Shown here piece by piece: positions 1 through 8,281 of a DNA stretch of 64,000 bases. The notes beneath the pieces are model-generated. The model saw only the letters and a list, made by a program, of their open reading frames with translations. It ran no database searches and had not been told where the DNA came from. The stretch comes from an uncultured Gammaproteobacteria bacterium (GTDB lineage Bacteria > Pseudomonadota > Gammaproteobacteria > Steroidobacterales > Steroidobacteraceae), in contig CAWJVK010000002.1 in assembly GCA_963846305.1 (NCBI GenBank), positions 22,690 to 86,689 on the forward strand, read 5' to 3'. How positions within the stretch are numbered: position 1 is the stretch's first letter; every line of letters begins with the position of its first letter. Position numbers and translations under genes: made by a program.

Positions 1-6
1 TGGCCC

Positions 7-1035
7 ATGGGGCGTGCTTGCCTCGTTCGGGGTGGCGACATTGTCGATAGTCGCGCTAGGTTAAACTGCGCCGGGGATCACGCAATGCCCATGACCGATC
101 CGGCAGATTGCCGGATGGCGGTTCGCACCCGCATAAACCGAATTTTGATGCCAGCAACGCTCTCTGACCTGCCCGAGTCCCTCAAGCGCCCGCTGCGCAG
201 CGGCTACGACGCCTGCGCGGCCCTGGTCAGCCAGGGGCGGCGTGCGCTTGGACTGGCTCCGTGGCAGCACCTGCTGGTCTGCGGCTTCCCTCGCAGCGGC
301 ACGTCGCTGGTCTACAACATGTTGAGCGCGACGCTGCCCGGCTTCCGTTTCCTGGAGTTCGAGCAGGGCGCGGCCCACTGGATCGGCCGCCCCGGGTTCG
401 TGGCCTCCAAGGCTCCGCTGGACGTGCTCGACGTGAGTCGCATCCTGTCGCGCAACCGCTTCGGCAAGGAACTGCTGGTGCTGGTGCCGCTGCGCGATGT
501 TCGCGACGTGGTGACCTCCATTCACCCCAAGCTGCCGGACCGCTATTTCATCGGCTATGACCACAGCTGGTGGCCGCAGAAGGGCGGCTGGACGGAGTGG
601 AAATACGATGCTGCCGGGGTGGGCCAGATCGCCGAAGCAATCCGCGGACTGGACGGCATTCCGGGCGCTCGGGTGATGAAGCTGCGCTACGAGGACCTGC
701 TCGCGAACCCGGACGAGGGCCAGGCGCGCATCGCCGCTGCGTTCGGCCTCGAGTTCCAGGGAAAGTTCGCCGATTACCATCGCTCGGCTGACAAGCTGCC
801 ATATCGATACCAGGGATCGCATGCGGCCCGTGATCCAGGGCTGGTGCGGGAGGACAAGCCCGTGGATCTCTCGCGCGCGGGCAAGTGGCGCAAGCCCGAG
901 CACCGGGCACGCATCGTCGAGCAGTTCACACGGTTCCCGCAGCTGTTCGATCTCCTGGTCGAGCACGGCTATGAGCCGGACCGAAGCTGGTACGAGTCGC
1001 TGGTCGCCGGCGAAGGTCGCGCGGCCGCGCAATGA
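7..1035 (+). CDS. sulfotransferase-family protein (5' end uncertain, may continue upstream of the window)
   Basis: 342-aa ORF. PAPS-binding-loop-like GFPRSGTSLVYN and 3'-PB-like LRDVRDVVTS. No in-frame stop between nt 1 and 7; alternative ATGs at 85 and 91. Stop overlaps the next start (ATGA at 1032-1035). Confidence 0.6.
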   Translation: MGRACLVRGGDIVDSRARLNCAGDHAMPMTDPADCRMAVRTRINRILMPATLSDLPESLKRPLRSGYDACAALVSQGRRALGLAPWQHLLVCGFPRSGTSLVYNMLSATLPGFRFLEFEQGAAHWIGRPGFVASKAPLDVLDVSRILSRNRFGKELLVLVPLRDVRDVVTSIHPKLPDRYFIGYDHSWWPQKGGWTEWKYDAAGVGQIAEAIRGLDGIPGARVMKLRYEDLLANPDEGQARIAAAFGLEFQGKFADYHRSADKLPYRYQGSHAARDPGLVREDKPVDLSRAGKWRKPEHRARIVEQFTRFPQLFDLLVEHGYEPDRSWYESLVAGEGRAAAQ

Positions 1036-2123
1036 ACCCGATCCGCATCGAGGTCCAGGACGAAGCACGGTTTCTCGCGATGCGCGAGGAGTGGTCCGAG
1101 CTGCTCGCGCGCTCCGACGCCGACCCGCTGTTCGGGTCCTGGGACTGGCTCGCCACCTGGTGGCGCCATCATCGCGACGACTTCAAGCTCGAAGCACGAC
1201 TGCTGCTGGCGCATGACGGCGAGCGGCTGGTCGGCATCGCGCCGCTGCTGCTGCATCGCGTCGTGCACCGCGGCTTGATCCCGGCGCGGCGCTGCGAGCT
1301 GATCGGAAACCTGTGGCGCACCAATTCCGCGGTGATGTCGGAGCGCACCGGGTTCATCGTCGATTCGTCCCGGCCCGATGTTCATCACCTGCTGGCCCGC
1401 GAAGTGCTGGCCACCCAGGGCTGGAGCGATTTCATGCTGGTTTACGCGGACGTCGCGGGCCCGACCAACGGCGCGTTACTGTCGGCCGCAAACCATGCGG
1501 GTGCGTTTTCGCGGGTCGTGGACCCGCTGACCGCATACCACATCAGCCTCGACGGCGGATTCGAGGCACTGCTGTCCCGGCTGTCGTCGCGCGCGCGCCG
1601 ACGGTTGTTCAACGAGCGTCGGAAGCTCGACCAGCTTGGCGGCGCGTCGTGGGAGGCCGCTTGCGCGGCGACCGCGGACGAGTTCTGGACGGACCTCGAC
1701 CGGGTGCACTCGGTGCGCTGGGGCTGGAGGGCCACGGCGGGGCGCCGCGGCCGGATGTACCGCGATTTCTGCGACTCTCGCTGGGCTGCCGGCAGTCCCG
1801 TGTTGCGCCGGCTGCGGGTGGGTGGACGCACGATCGCGGCGATGCACGGCTATCGCATCGGAGATCGCATCTACGAGATCCAGAACGCAATAGAGTCCGG
1901 CTTCAGCAAGTCGATATCGCCGGGCTACCTGCAGGCCGGCTACCTGCTGGAGGAGGCGGCTGCCAGTGGCGTTTCGGTCGTGGACCTGCTGGGCGGCCAG
2001 GGCCGCTCCACCGACTACAAGGCACAGCTGGGCTCGGCGGAGACACAACTCGGCTGTCTGCAGGTGGTGCGCGCGCCGTGGCTCAAGCTGTTCTACAAGG
2101 GCTATTCGCTGGTCAAGGGTTGA
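1032..2123 (+). CDS. CelD/FemAB-related GNAT-fold acyltransferase (BioF2-like acetyltransferase family)
   Basis: 363-aa ORF. The N-terminal pattern DPLFGSWDWLATWW and overall layout are typical of CelD-like proteins in EPS loci. Translationally coupled to the sulfotransferase. Confidence 0.6.
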   Translation: MNPIRIEVQDEARFLAMREEWSELLARSDADPLFGSWDWLATWWRHHRDDFKLEARLLLAHDGERLVGIAPLLLHRVVHRGLIPARRCELIGNLWRTNSAVMSERTGFIVDSSRPDVHHLLAREVLATQGWSDFMLVYADVAGPTNGALLSAANHAGAFSRVVDPLTAYHISLDGGFEALLSRLSSRARRRLFNERRKLDQLGGASWEAACAATADEFWTDLDRVHSVRWGWRATAGRRGRMYRDFCDSRWAAGSPVLRRLRVGGRTIAAMHGYRIGDRIYEIQNAIESGFSKSISPGYLQAGYLLEEAAASGVSVVDLLGGQGRSTDYKAQLGSAETQLGCLQVVRAPWLKLFYKGYSLVKG

Positions 2124-2182
2124 GCAGAGGCTCAGCGCGCCCGCGACGGCAGGTGCGCACAACGGGGCGCAGCTCGCTCCCC

Positions 2183-3247
2183 TCACCAGGGCAGCGAGGG
2201 GCTGACCAGCGGGCCGAGGCGATTGGCGACCACGAGCGGCAGCCGGCGCCAGGTGCCGGTCAGCAGGCGCCGCGAGCGGCCGCCGACGTCCGGGTCCGCT
2301 CCCAGGGCGGGTTCCTTCAGCGCGGACGATGACCAGGTAGCCCAGTGCAGCGGCACCGGCCGCGCACCCCACTGCAGCTTGAACCGGTACGGTCCGCTGT
2401 CCACCGTCGAGCGTCCGAAGTCGAAGCGCGTGTGGCTGCTCTCGATCGCGTGGCGCAGCACTTCCCAATAGAGCGCCATGTTGATCGACTTCGACTTCAC
2501 GGCCGACAGCGTCGCCGCCCACGGGATCTCCAGCGTGCCGCGGTGGCTCACCAGGAAGGCGCCGGCGACCGGTGATCCGCCGAGATCGAGCAGCAGCACC
2601 CGGCACTGGTCGCCACAATCTTCGAACAAGGTCTCGAAAAACCGGCGCGGGTATACGGGCGTGCCGAGGTCTCGCATCACCTCGGCAAACACCCGGTAGA
2701 AATCCGGCACCAGTTCCGCGCCGCCGGTTCGTGCCAGCGGTTGCTCGCGCTGGGCGCGCTTCACCTGCGAGCGCAGCTTGGAGCCGACGGCCTTGCCGAG
2801 AGCCTCGACACTGGGCGGCAGGTCGAGCAGCAGCGTCGCCTTGTCGCGGCGCATGGGCCAGTCGACGGGCGGGGCGTCGACCTCGCGGACCTCGAGGTGC
2901 CTGGCACCTGTTTCCCGGGCGAGGGTCCTGGCCTGGTCGAACAGGGCCGCATGGATCGCCGGCGCGTCGGCCAGCGCGCCGCCATGGTTGAAATACGGCA
3001 GCGACGTCAGCCGGTTGCCGAAAATCAGACTGCGTTGGGCCACCAGCGGAAGCACCCCAGCCAGCGAGCCGTCGGGATGCCGCGCGGTGACGAAATGGGC
3101 CTGCTGCCCAAACAGCCGGGCAACGGCCAGCGGCCAGCGCGAGGCGTGATAGGCGGATGCCTGTGCGTGCGCGGCCACGTAGTCGTCCCAGCCGTCTGGC
3201 GGTCGTTGGTGGTGCGTCTCAATCGCAATTGCAGTCGCAATCGACAT
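2183..3247 (-). CDS. FemAB-family protein of the PEP-CTERM/exosortase-locus-associated type
   Basis: ORF 2183..3484 trimmed to the internal ATG at 3247 (MSIATAIAIETHH...). Contains YHASRWPLAVARLFG...LPLV...LTSLPYFNHGG, which resembles the FemAB-related PEP-CTERM-associated family. Divergent from the AsnB-like gene. Confidence 0.65.
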   Translation of the reverse strand: MSIATAIAIETHHQRPPDGWDDYVAAHAQASAYHASRWPLAVARLFGQQAHFVTARHPDGSLAGVLPLVAQRSLIFGNRLTSLPYFNHGGALADAPAIHAALFDQARTLARETGARHLEVREVDAPPVDWPMRRDKATLLLDLPPSVEALGKAVGSKLRSQVKRAQREQPLARTGGAELVPDFYRVFAEVMRDLGTPVYPRRFFETLFEDCGDQCRVLLLDLGGSPVAGAFLVSHRGTLEIPWAATLSAVKSKSINMALYWEVLRHAIESSHTRFDFGRSTVDSGPYRFKLQWGARPVPLHWATWSSSALKEPALGADPDVGGRSRRLLTGTWRRLPLVVANRLGPLVSPSLPW

Positions 3248-3307
3248 CTGTGCTGTGGGTCTCGCGTGGCTACGCGCGGATTCTACGCGATACGCTATTC
3301 TGGCCCG

Positions 3308-5083
3308 ATGGCTGCGTTCCTTGTCATTACCGGTGCCGACGATGCGCGGCGCGTGCTGGACGATGCGCACCGCGACGCGGTGATTCGCGCAATGCACGAG
3401 CGCAGCAGCGGTGCGGTCACCGAACTCGCGGTGCCCGGGGCCGCGGGCTGGCACTGTGGTCGCGACGGCACGCTGGCGGTGCACGACGGCGTGCTGCTGG
3501 CCGTGGACGGCGTTCCCAGCATCATCGCCTCACGCACTGCGAACGGTATCCCGCCCCGGTTCGCGCCGGCCGACTGGGGCAGCCTGGGCAAGGACCTGCT
3601 GCCGACGCTCGATGGCGGGTTCGCGCTGGCCACATACGACCCGGCGAGCAGGGAACTGGTGCTGGCCCGCGATCGCTACGGCGTGCGGCCACTGTTCTGG
3701 GCTAGAAAGGACGGACTGACCTACGCGGCGTCCGAGGTCAAGATCCTCGCGGCTGCCGGCATCGACTTGCGGGTATCGGCCGAGGCGCTGCAGGAGGCGC
3801 TCGCCTGCCGCTGGCTGGTGCGCGACCGCTCGCTGTTCGACCCGGTGCGACAGGTGCCCGCCGCCTCGTGCCTGGTGTCCGGTCCGGGCGGCGAGCCGTC
3901 GGTGCGCCGCTACTGGCAGCTGCAGTTTTCGCCGGAGCCCGTGGCACCCGATTCGCTGCAGCACTACCGGGACCAGGCCAGGGACGCGATGCGTTCGTCG
4001 ATCCTGGAGATCACGGGCGAGCGGCAGGTGGTCGGCGTGCTGTTGAGCGGAGGCGTCGACTCTTCCGTCATCGCGGGCGCGGCGCGCGAGGTCGTGGACA
4101 GGGTGGTCGGCTTCGCCGGCCGGTTGCCCGACGACTCGAACCAGGAACTGGACCGGGCAGCGATCGTCGCACGGCACCTCGGCATCGAATGCCGGGTTGT
4201 GGACATCGCGTTGCCGGATTTCGACGGCGACCTGCGGACGCTGGCCCGGCGCATGGAAGAGCCGCCGCGGCACCCGAACAATTTCCTGCTGCAGCAGTTG
4301 TTCCGGCGCGCGGCAGGCGAGGTCGACCTGGTGCTGGAAGGCGACGGGGCCGAGATGCTGTTCGGGCTCGCGGACGTGGGTCGGGTGGACAAGTTCCGCG
4401 CCAAGCACGAGGTCGTCCGGCACCTGCCGCAGTCCTGGCGCGTGGCGGGGGCGAGGGCCTTGCGCAGTTTCGACGGCGGCTGGGCGACCCGGCTTTCGAA
4501 GGTGCTGACCTGGGACCCGATTACTTACGCAGCGATGCTCGACGCGGTGGGTTACTCGCGCGCCGTGCGGCGCACGCTCGATGCGGTGACTGCTGGCACC
4601 GCGCCCGGGTACATGCCGCTCGAATACTTCTCGCGTTCGGAGGATTTCTCGGACGCGCTGCAGGCTTACCAGCTCTACACCTTCGCTGCCGTGTCGCTGG
4701 TGCGCCACGACCGGCTGGCGCAGCCTTTCGGTTTGAGTTCCGAATCGCCGTTCCTGCGCGCACCGATCATCGACCTGGCCTGCCGCATGCCGCGTGAACT
4801 GCGCTACCTGGACGGATCGAAGCCGGTCCTGAAGGCGCTCTGTGACCTCTACCTGCCGGCCGAGGTGTCGCGCTGGCCGAAACTGGGGTTCCCGGTGCCC
4901 TGGCAGGCGTGGATGCGTGCTGCGCTGCCGGACGGTGTCGCGCCCACCGAGATCCTGGACAAGGTGCTGCCGCCGGGTTGGCTCGCTGCCGCGAATGCGT
5001 CGTACGACGCGGAGGCGCTGTGGACGGCGCTCACGCTGCAGGCGGCCATCGCAGAGATGGGTGCCGTCCCGACGCCGACCTGA
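3308..5083 (+). CDS. asparagine synthetase B-like amidotransferase lacking the N-terminal catalytic cysteine
   Basis: ORF 2741..5083 trimmed to ATG 3308 (MAAFLVITG...). Contains LARDRYGVRPLFW and the PP-loop VGVLLSGGVDSS. The N-terminus is MAAF rather than the MCG of glutamine-hydrolysing AsnB. Confidence 0.75.
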   Translation: MAAFLVITGADDARRVLDDAHRDAVIRAMHERSSGAVTELAVPGAAGWHCGRDGTLAVHDGVLLAVDGVPSIIASRTANGIPPRFAPADWGSLGKDLLPTLDGGFALATYDPASRELVLARDRYGVRPLFWARKDGLTYAASEVKILAAAGIDLRVSAEALQEALACRWLVRDRSLFDPVRQVPAASCLVSGPGGEPSVRRYWQLQFSPEPVAPDSLQHYRDQARDAMRSSILEITGERQVVGVLLSGGVDSSVIAGAAREVVDRVVGFAGRLPDDSNQELDRAAIVARHLGIECRVVDIALPDFDGDLRTLARRMEEPPRHPNNFLLQQLFRRAAGEVDLVLEGDGAEMLFGLADVGRVDKFRAKHEVVRHLPQSWRVAGARALRSFDGGWATRLSKVLTWDPITYAAMLDAVGYSRAVRRTLDAVTAGTAPGYMPLEYFSRSEDFSDALQAYQLYTFAAVSLVRHDRLAQPFGLSSESPFLRAPIIDLACRMPRELRYLDGSKPVLKALCDLYLPAEVSRWPKLGFPVPWQAWMRAALPDGVAPTEILDKVLPPGWLAAANASYDAEALWTALTLQAAIAEMGAVPTPT

Positions 5084-5127
5084 GCGTCGCTGGTCGACGA
5101 TGCGCCCCAAGCTGGGCCCCCAAATAG

Positions 5128-5158
5128 AAAACGCCCGCAGCTTGCGCTGCGGGCGTTT
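5128..5158. terminator. bidirectional intrinsic terminator between convergent genes
   Basis: AAAACGCCCGCAGC-TTGC-GCTGCGGGCGTTTC. Perfect 11-bp GC-rich stem with an A-run on the left and a T-run on the right. Lies between stops at 5083 (+) and 5209 (-). Confidence 0.6.
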
Positions 5159-5208
5159 CATCGGTTGCTTACTTCCGTGTGGCTAAGCCGATTGGTTCGC
5201 GAGTCCGA

Positions 5209-5895
5209 TCAGTTCGCGCGGCGGCGCTTGGCCAGGCCGAGGCCCAGCAGGCCGAGGCCGAGCAGAGCCAGCGAAGCCGGCTCCGGGACCTCGGTGACCA
5301 GGTCCTGCTTGTCGGGCGTACCAAGGTTCGAGAGCAGGCGCAGGTTCGCCATCGGGCCCTGGCCGTCAAGCAGGGCAAGCCAGGCAGCGGCCTGGGTCAC
5401 GGCGGCATACGTGGCGGCTGTGCCGGGCGCCTGGAAGTTGCCGGCCGACAGGTCGATCACGTTGTCCACGGCCAGTTCCCACAGGGCGATCTGGAAGGCG
5501 GCTGCTTCGACGGACGTGTCGACCGAGGAGTAGAAGCGGCCCCACAGCTCGCGGACGTCCATGTCGGAGATGATCGACACGGCGTAGCCGGCCCTGTCGA
5601 ACGCGAGCAGCGGCAGCTCCGGCTCGATGCAGAAGGCCAGGAAGCGGGTCCAGTTGCCCGTGGAACCAGTGTTCCGGTAGACGAGGTCGAACACGCCCAT
5701 GTCGTGATTTACCTGTTCGCCGTACACGTTCACGGCACCGCGCAGGTACAGGTTGGTCGGTCCGAAGACGCCACCCGAACCCTGGCCCACGTTCACGACG
5801 TCGCCACTGTTGAGGGAGTTGGCCGAGGCCGAGGCGGCGGTGAAAAGACCGCAGACCGCGGCAGCGCTGGCAATCCATTTTGTAGTCTTGAGCAT
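5209..5895 (-). CDS. PEP-CTERM sorting-domain secreted protein
   Basis: ORF 5209..5943 trimmed to ATG 5895 (MLKTTKWIASAAAVCGLFTAASASA signal peptide). C-terminus VPEPASLALLGLGLLGLGLAKRRRAN matches the PEP motif + TM helix + Arg cluster. Confidence 0.85.
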   Translation of the reverse strand: MLKTTKWIASAAAVCGLFTAASASANSLNSGDVVNVGQGSGGVFGPTNLYLRGAVNVYGEQVNHDMGVFDLVYRNTGSTGNWTRFLAFCIEPELPLLAFDRAGYAVSIISDMDVRELWGRFYSSVDTSVEAAAFQIALWELAVDNVIDLSAGNFQAPGTAATYAAVTQAAAWLALLDGQGPMANLRLLSNLGTPDKQDLVTEVPEPASLALLGLGLLGLGLAKRRRAN

Positions 5896-5964
5896 TTCGG
5901 TGGTCCCTGAGTTGCTAAACCGTTTCAAGTGCAAGGCCAACATGGCCTGTGACGGGTGAAGATA

Positions 5965-5980
5965 TGCAGGACCCGTGCCA
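5965..5980 (-). promoter_or_regulatory. sigma-54 (-24/-12) promoter of PEP-CTERM gene 5209..5895
   Basis: The minus strand reads TGGCACGGGTCCTGCA. GG and GC have the canonical spacing of the consensus TGGCACG-N4-TTGCW. About 70 nt upstream of the ATG. Confidence 0.6.
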
Positions 5981-6010
5981 ACTTTGGCTTTTCGCAGGAA
6001 TTTATTTTAA

Positions 6011-6023
6011 AAACAACGCGTTA
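6011..6023. promoter_or_regulatory. IHF-like site between the putative UAS and the sigma-54 promoter
   Basis: AAACAACGCGTTA versus WATCAANNNNTTR (one mismatch). Embedded in an unusually AT-rich tract (ggaatttattttaaaaacaa). Confidence 0.3.
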
Positions 6024-6065
6024 CGGAATTTACGTATCGCCATTCAGTGCGGCGAATTTGCCGAC

Positions 6066-6083
6066 TGTAAGAAATTCCGACAG
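6066..6083. promoter_or_regulatory. putative enhancer (UAS) motif TGTAAG-N6-CGACAG
   Basis: TGTAAGAAATTCCGACAG preceded by GCCGAC. The same gapped 12-nt motif, in the same orientation, occurs at 10313..10330 upstream of the second sigma-54 promoter. TGT-N11-ACA dyad. Confidence 0.4.
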
Positions 6084-6106
6084 CCCGGCGGCAATCCGGG
6101 CGGCAT

Positions 6107-7360
6107 TCACGGCCGCTCGGGCTGGGGGTGCCATGCCGTGATGCCGCCGCGGATGCGCTCGGACAACCGCACCGTGCCGGACGCATGGGCACTGTATACG
6201 ACGAACCGGTCGTCCGGGTCGAGCGCGATGATGGACCAGCGCTCTAGCAGCCGGCGCGCCGCAGGGTGAACGGGATCCAACACGAGGTGACGCATTCCGT
6301 AGCGTGTCTCCTCCCGGTCGAGTTCGGCGTTCCACTTCATCTTGTATTGGAAGACGCCGTCTTCGAGGTACGGCGGCGTGCCGCCCATCTGTACACGTCG
6401 CAGCCCGAGTTCGCGTGCGCGCTGGATCGCGAACCAGTACAGCGCCGACAGCGCGCCTTGCTTCACCAGCGCGGGATCGCCGTGCAGCCAGCCCAGGCGT
6501 CCCATCCGGTAACCACCCGGATGCGGCTCGCAAGTCATCGCTGCGATGCAACGCTCGCCCTGTTTCACCAGCAGAAATTCCCAACCGTCGTGTTTGACGG
6601 ACTTGGCGATCTCCCGGGCGGTCGCGACGAAGCCTTCGCTGCCGTGCCGCCCAGTGATGCTGATCATGTGGTAGTTGTGGACGAATTCGCCGGCCCAACC
6701 GGCGTCGCTGTGGTGCTCCGAGTAAAGCCCGTTCTTGCGGATCCGTCGCAGGTCGGAATGCACGGAATCACCGGAGAAACTGCTGAGAAATGCGTCTTCG
6801 GACTCACCGATATCGACCGTCATCGCGACGAATCGCGGCACGCGCAGCGCGATCGGCTTGAGACGCGCTGGCAACGGCACGCCGGCGATCACGACCAGGC
6901 CGTGGCGGCGTGCCATGCGCAGCGCGAGCGACGAGAAATCCGCGCGGTTGACGCCGCGACGACTGCGCAGCTTCGTCGGTGAGTCGAGATGGACGCGCGT
7001 GAAGTGCTCGATCGGTTCGGGGTTGCCGATGGCGCAGAAGGCGGCGGCGCTGTCGCCGCCTGGATGGCCTGTGTGGTCGCCGGTGATCACCGCGTGCGAG
7101 TGCGCTCGCCACCAGCGCCTGAGCTTGCGGCGATTGCCCGCAGGAAGGATGCGCTTGAAGTAGGAGAGCAGTCGACTCACTGACAGCCTTCCGGAAACCG
7201 GCGGGCGTGGTGGTGCGATGAGAAGCGGGGATATCTCGGCATGGCTCGCGGACGGCGCTGCGCTAGGAGGTTGTCGTTTCCGGAAGAGTAATCGATTCAA
7301 GCGAGGTAGCGACTCGCGTTGTGTGACTGGGGTCGAATCCTGGAGCGTTCGCGCGAGCAA
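6107..7360 (-). CDS. FemAB/GNAT-like acyltransferase-fold protein (start uncertain)
   Basis: 417-aa ORF. The C-terminal half (LLVKQGERCIAAM...GALSALYWFAIQRARELGLRRVQMGGTPPYLEDGVFQYKMKWNAE) looks like a FemAB/Acetyltransf_6 fold. The only upstream ATG is at 7360. Confidence 0.5.
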   Translation of the reverse strand: MLARTLQDSTPVTQRESLPRLNRLLFRKRQPPSAAPSASHAEISPLLIAPPRPPVSGRLSVSRLLSYFKRILPAGNRRKLRRWWRAHSHAVITGDHTGHPGGDSAAAFCAIGNPEPIEHFTRVHLDSPTKLRSRRGVNRADFSSLALRMARRHGLVVIAGVPLPARLKPIALRVPRFVAMTVDIGESEDAFLSSFSGDSVHSDLRRIRKNGLYSEHHSDAGWAGEFVHNYHMISITGRHGSEGFVATAREIAKSVKHDGWEFLLVKQGERCIAAMTCEPHPGGYRMGRLGWLHGDPALVKQGALSALYWFAIQRARELGLRRVQMGGTPPYLEDGVFQYKMKWNAELDREETRYGMRHLVLDPVHPAARRLLERWSIIALDPDDRFVVYSAHASGTVRLSERIRGGITAWHPQPERP

Positions 7361-7515
7361 TGCCGTCGGCCGCCGTCGGCCGCGTCGTCGCCAAGTGGAC
7401 CTGTGTCGCGCGGTGTATGAAGATGCGCTGGGCGCGGTCGCTCGGTCAGCGTGCCACGAGGCTGGTCAAATTGTATCCATTCGTACTGCCCGTAACGAAG
7501 TTCCGCGGCCGAGCC

Positions 7516-8229
7516 ATGTGCGGTGCGCGTGCGCTCGCCGGATCGGCAGGGGCAGTGGTCGAGGTTATTCATCGTCGTCGCGCGCACGGTGGCCTGTTGC
7601 TGATGCTCGCCGCGGTCGGTGCGGTAGGCTGCGGTCACGCCGGCGCTGATTCGGCAGCGTCCGTAGGCGCGAGCAACCCCAAGCCAAGGAACGCCCCCGG
7701 GCCCAGTTCAATTCTCCGTAACTGGGACGCCGACAAGGACGGCACGATCAGTGCGACCGAGGCAGCTGCAATGAACGAGGCATTGGCTGCAAAGCCCGAT
7801 CGCCCGTTGGCGGCGCTCGACAGCGACGGCGATGGCAAACTGGGTGCGCAGGAGATTGCGGCGCTCAATGTCCGCCTCGCGGAGTACGCGGTAAAGAAAT
7901 CCGCTGCGCCGAAGAAGGCTGGTAATCGCGCGCCAAAGACCCCGGCCATCGATTGCGCCGCGGGCACTGGCACTGCGACGGTCACCTGGCAGCGACCGTC
8001 GGAGAACGTGGACGATACGCCGCTAAAGGACCTCGCGGGCTTCGTGATCCGTTACGGAACGAGTCCGCAATCACTGCCGTGCCGTGCTGCCGTCAAGGAT
8101 GCGGCTGCGACGAAGTACGTGGTCGAGCGCCTTGGCGTCGGGACTTGGTATTTCTCGGTAGTCGCCGTCAATCGCGACGGTGTCGAAAGCCCGGCCAGCG
8201 ACCTCGCCTCCAAGACCATCGATAAATAG
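7516..8229 (+). CDS. secreted (lipobox-like) protein with two EF-hand-like Ca-binding loops and a C-terminal FN3 domain
   Basis: ORF 7360..8229. ATG at 7516, or GTG at 7555 giving VVEVIHRRRAHGGLLLMLAAVGAVGC. Loops DADKDGTISATE and DSDGDGKLGAQE. FN3-like tail ATVTWQRP...GTWYFSVVAV. The stop TAG lies inside a REP. Confidence 0.65.
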   Translation: MCGARALAGSAGAVVEVIHRRRAHGGLLLMLAAVGAVGCGHAGADSAASVGASNPKPRNAPGPSSILRNWDADKDGTISATEAAAMNEALAAKPDRPLAALDSDGDGKLGAQEIAALNVRLAEYAVKKSAAPKKAGNRAPKTPAIDCAAGTGTATVTWQRPSENVDDTPLKDLAGFVIRYGTSPQSLPCRAAVKDAAATKYVVERLGVGTWYFSVVAVNRDGVESPASDLASKTIDK

Positions 8230-8274
8230 GTGCCTGGCACCGAATTATAAATAGGTGCCTGGCACCTATTTATT
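8222..8274. repeat. REP locus A: doublet of the GGTGCCWGGCACC palindrome
   Basis: ATAAATAGGTGCCTGGCACCGAATT followed by TATAAATAGGTGCCTGGCACCTATTTATT. Sits between convergent stops at 8229 and 8282. Confidence 0.9.
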
Positions 8275-8281
8275 GGCGCTG

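Noticed and set aside
7441-7456. The minus-strand sequence TGGCACGCTGACCGAG upstream of ORF 6107..7360 as a third sigma-54 promoter.
   Set aside because: The -24 element is good, but the -12 position reads GA instead of the highly conserved GC. No matching UAS motif is nearby.
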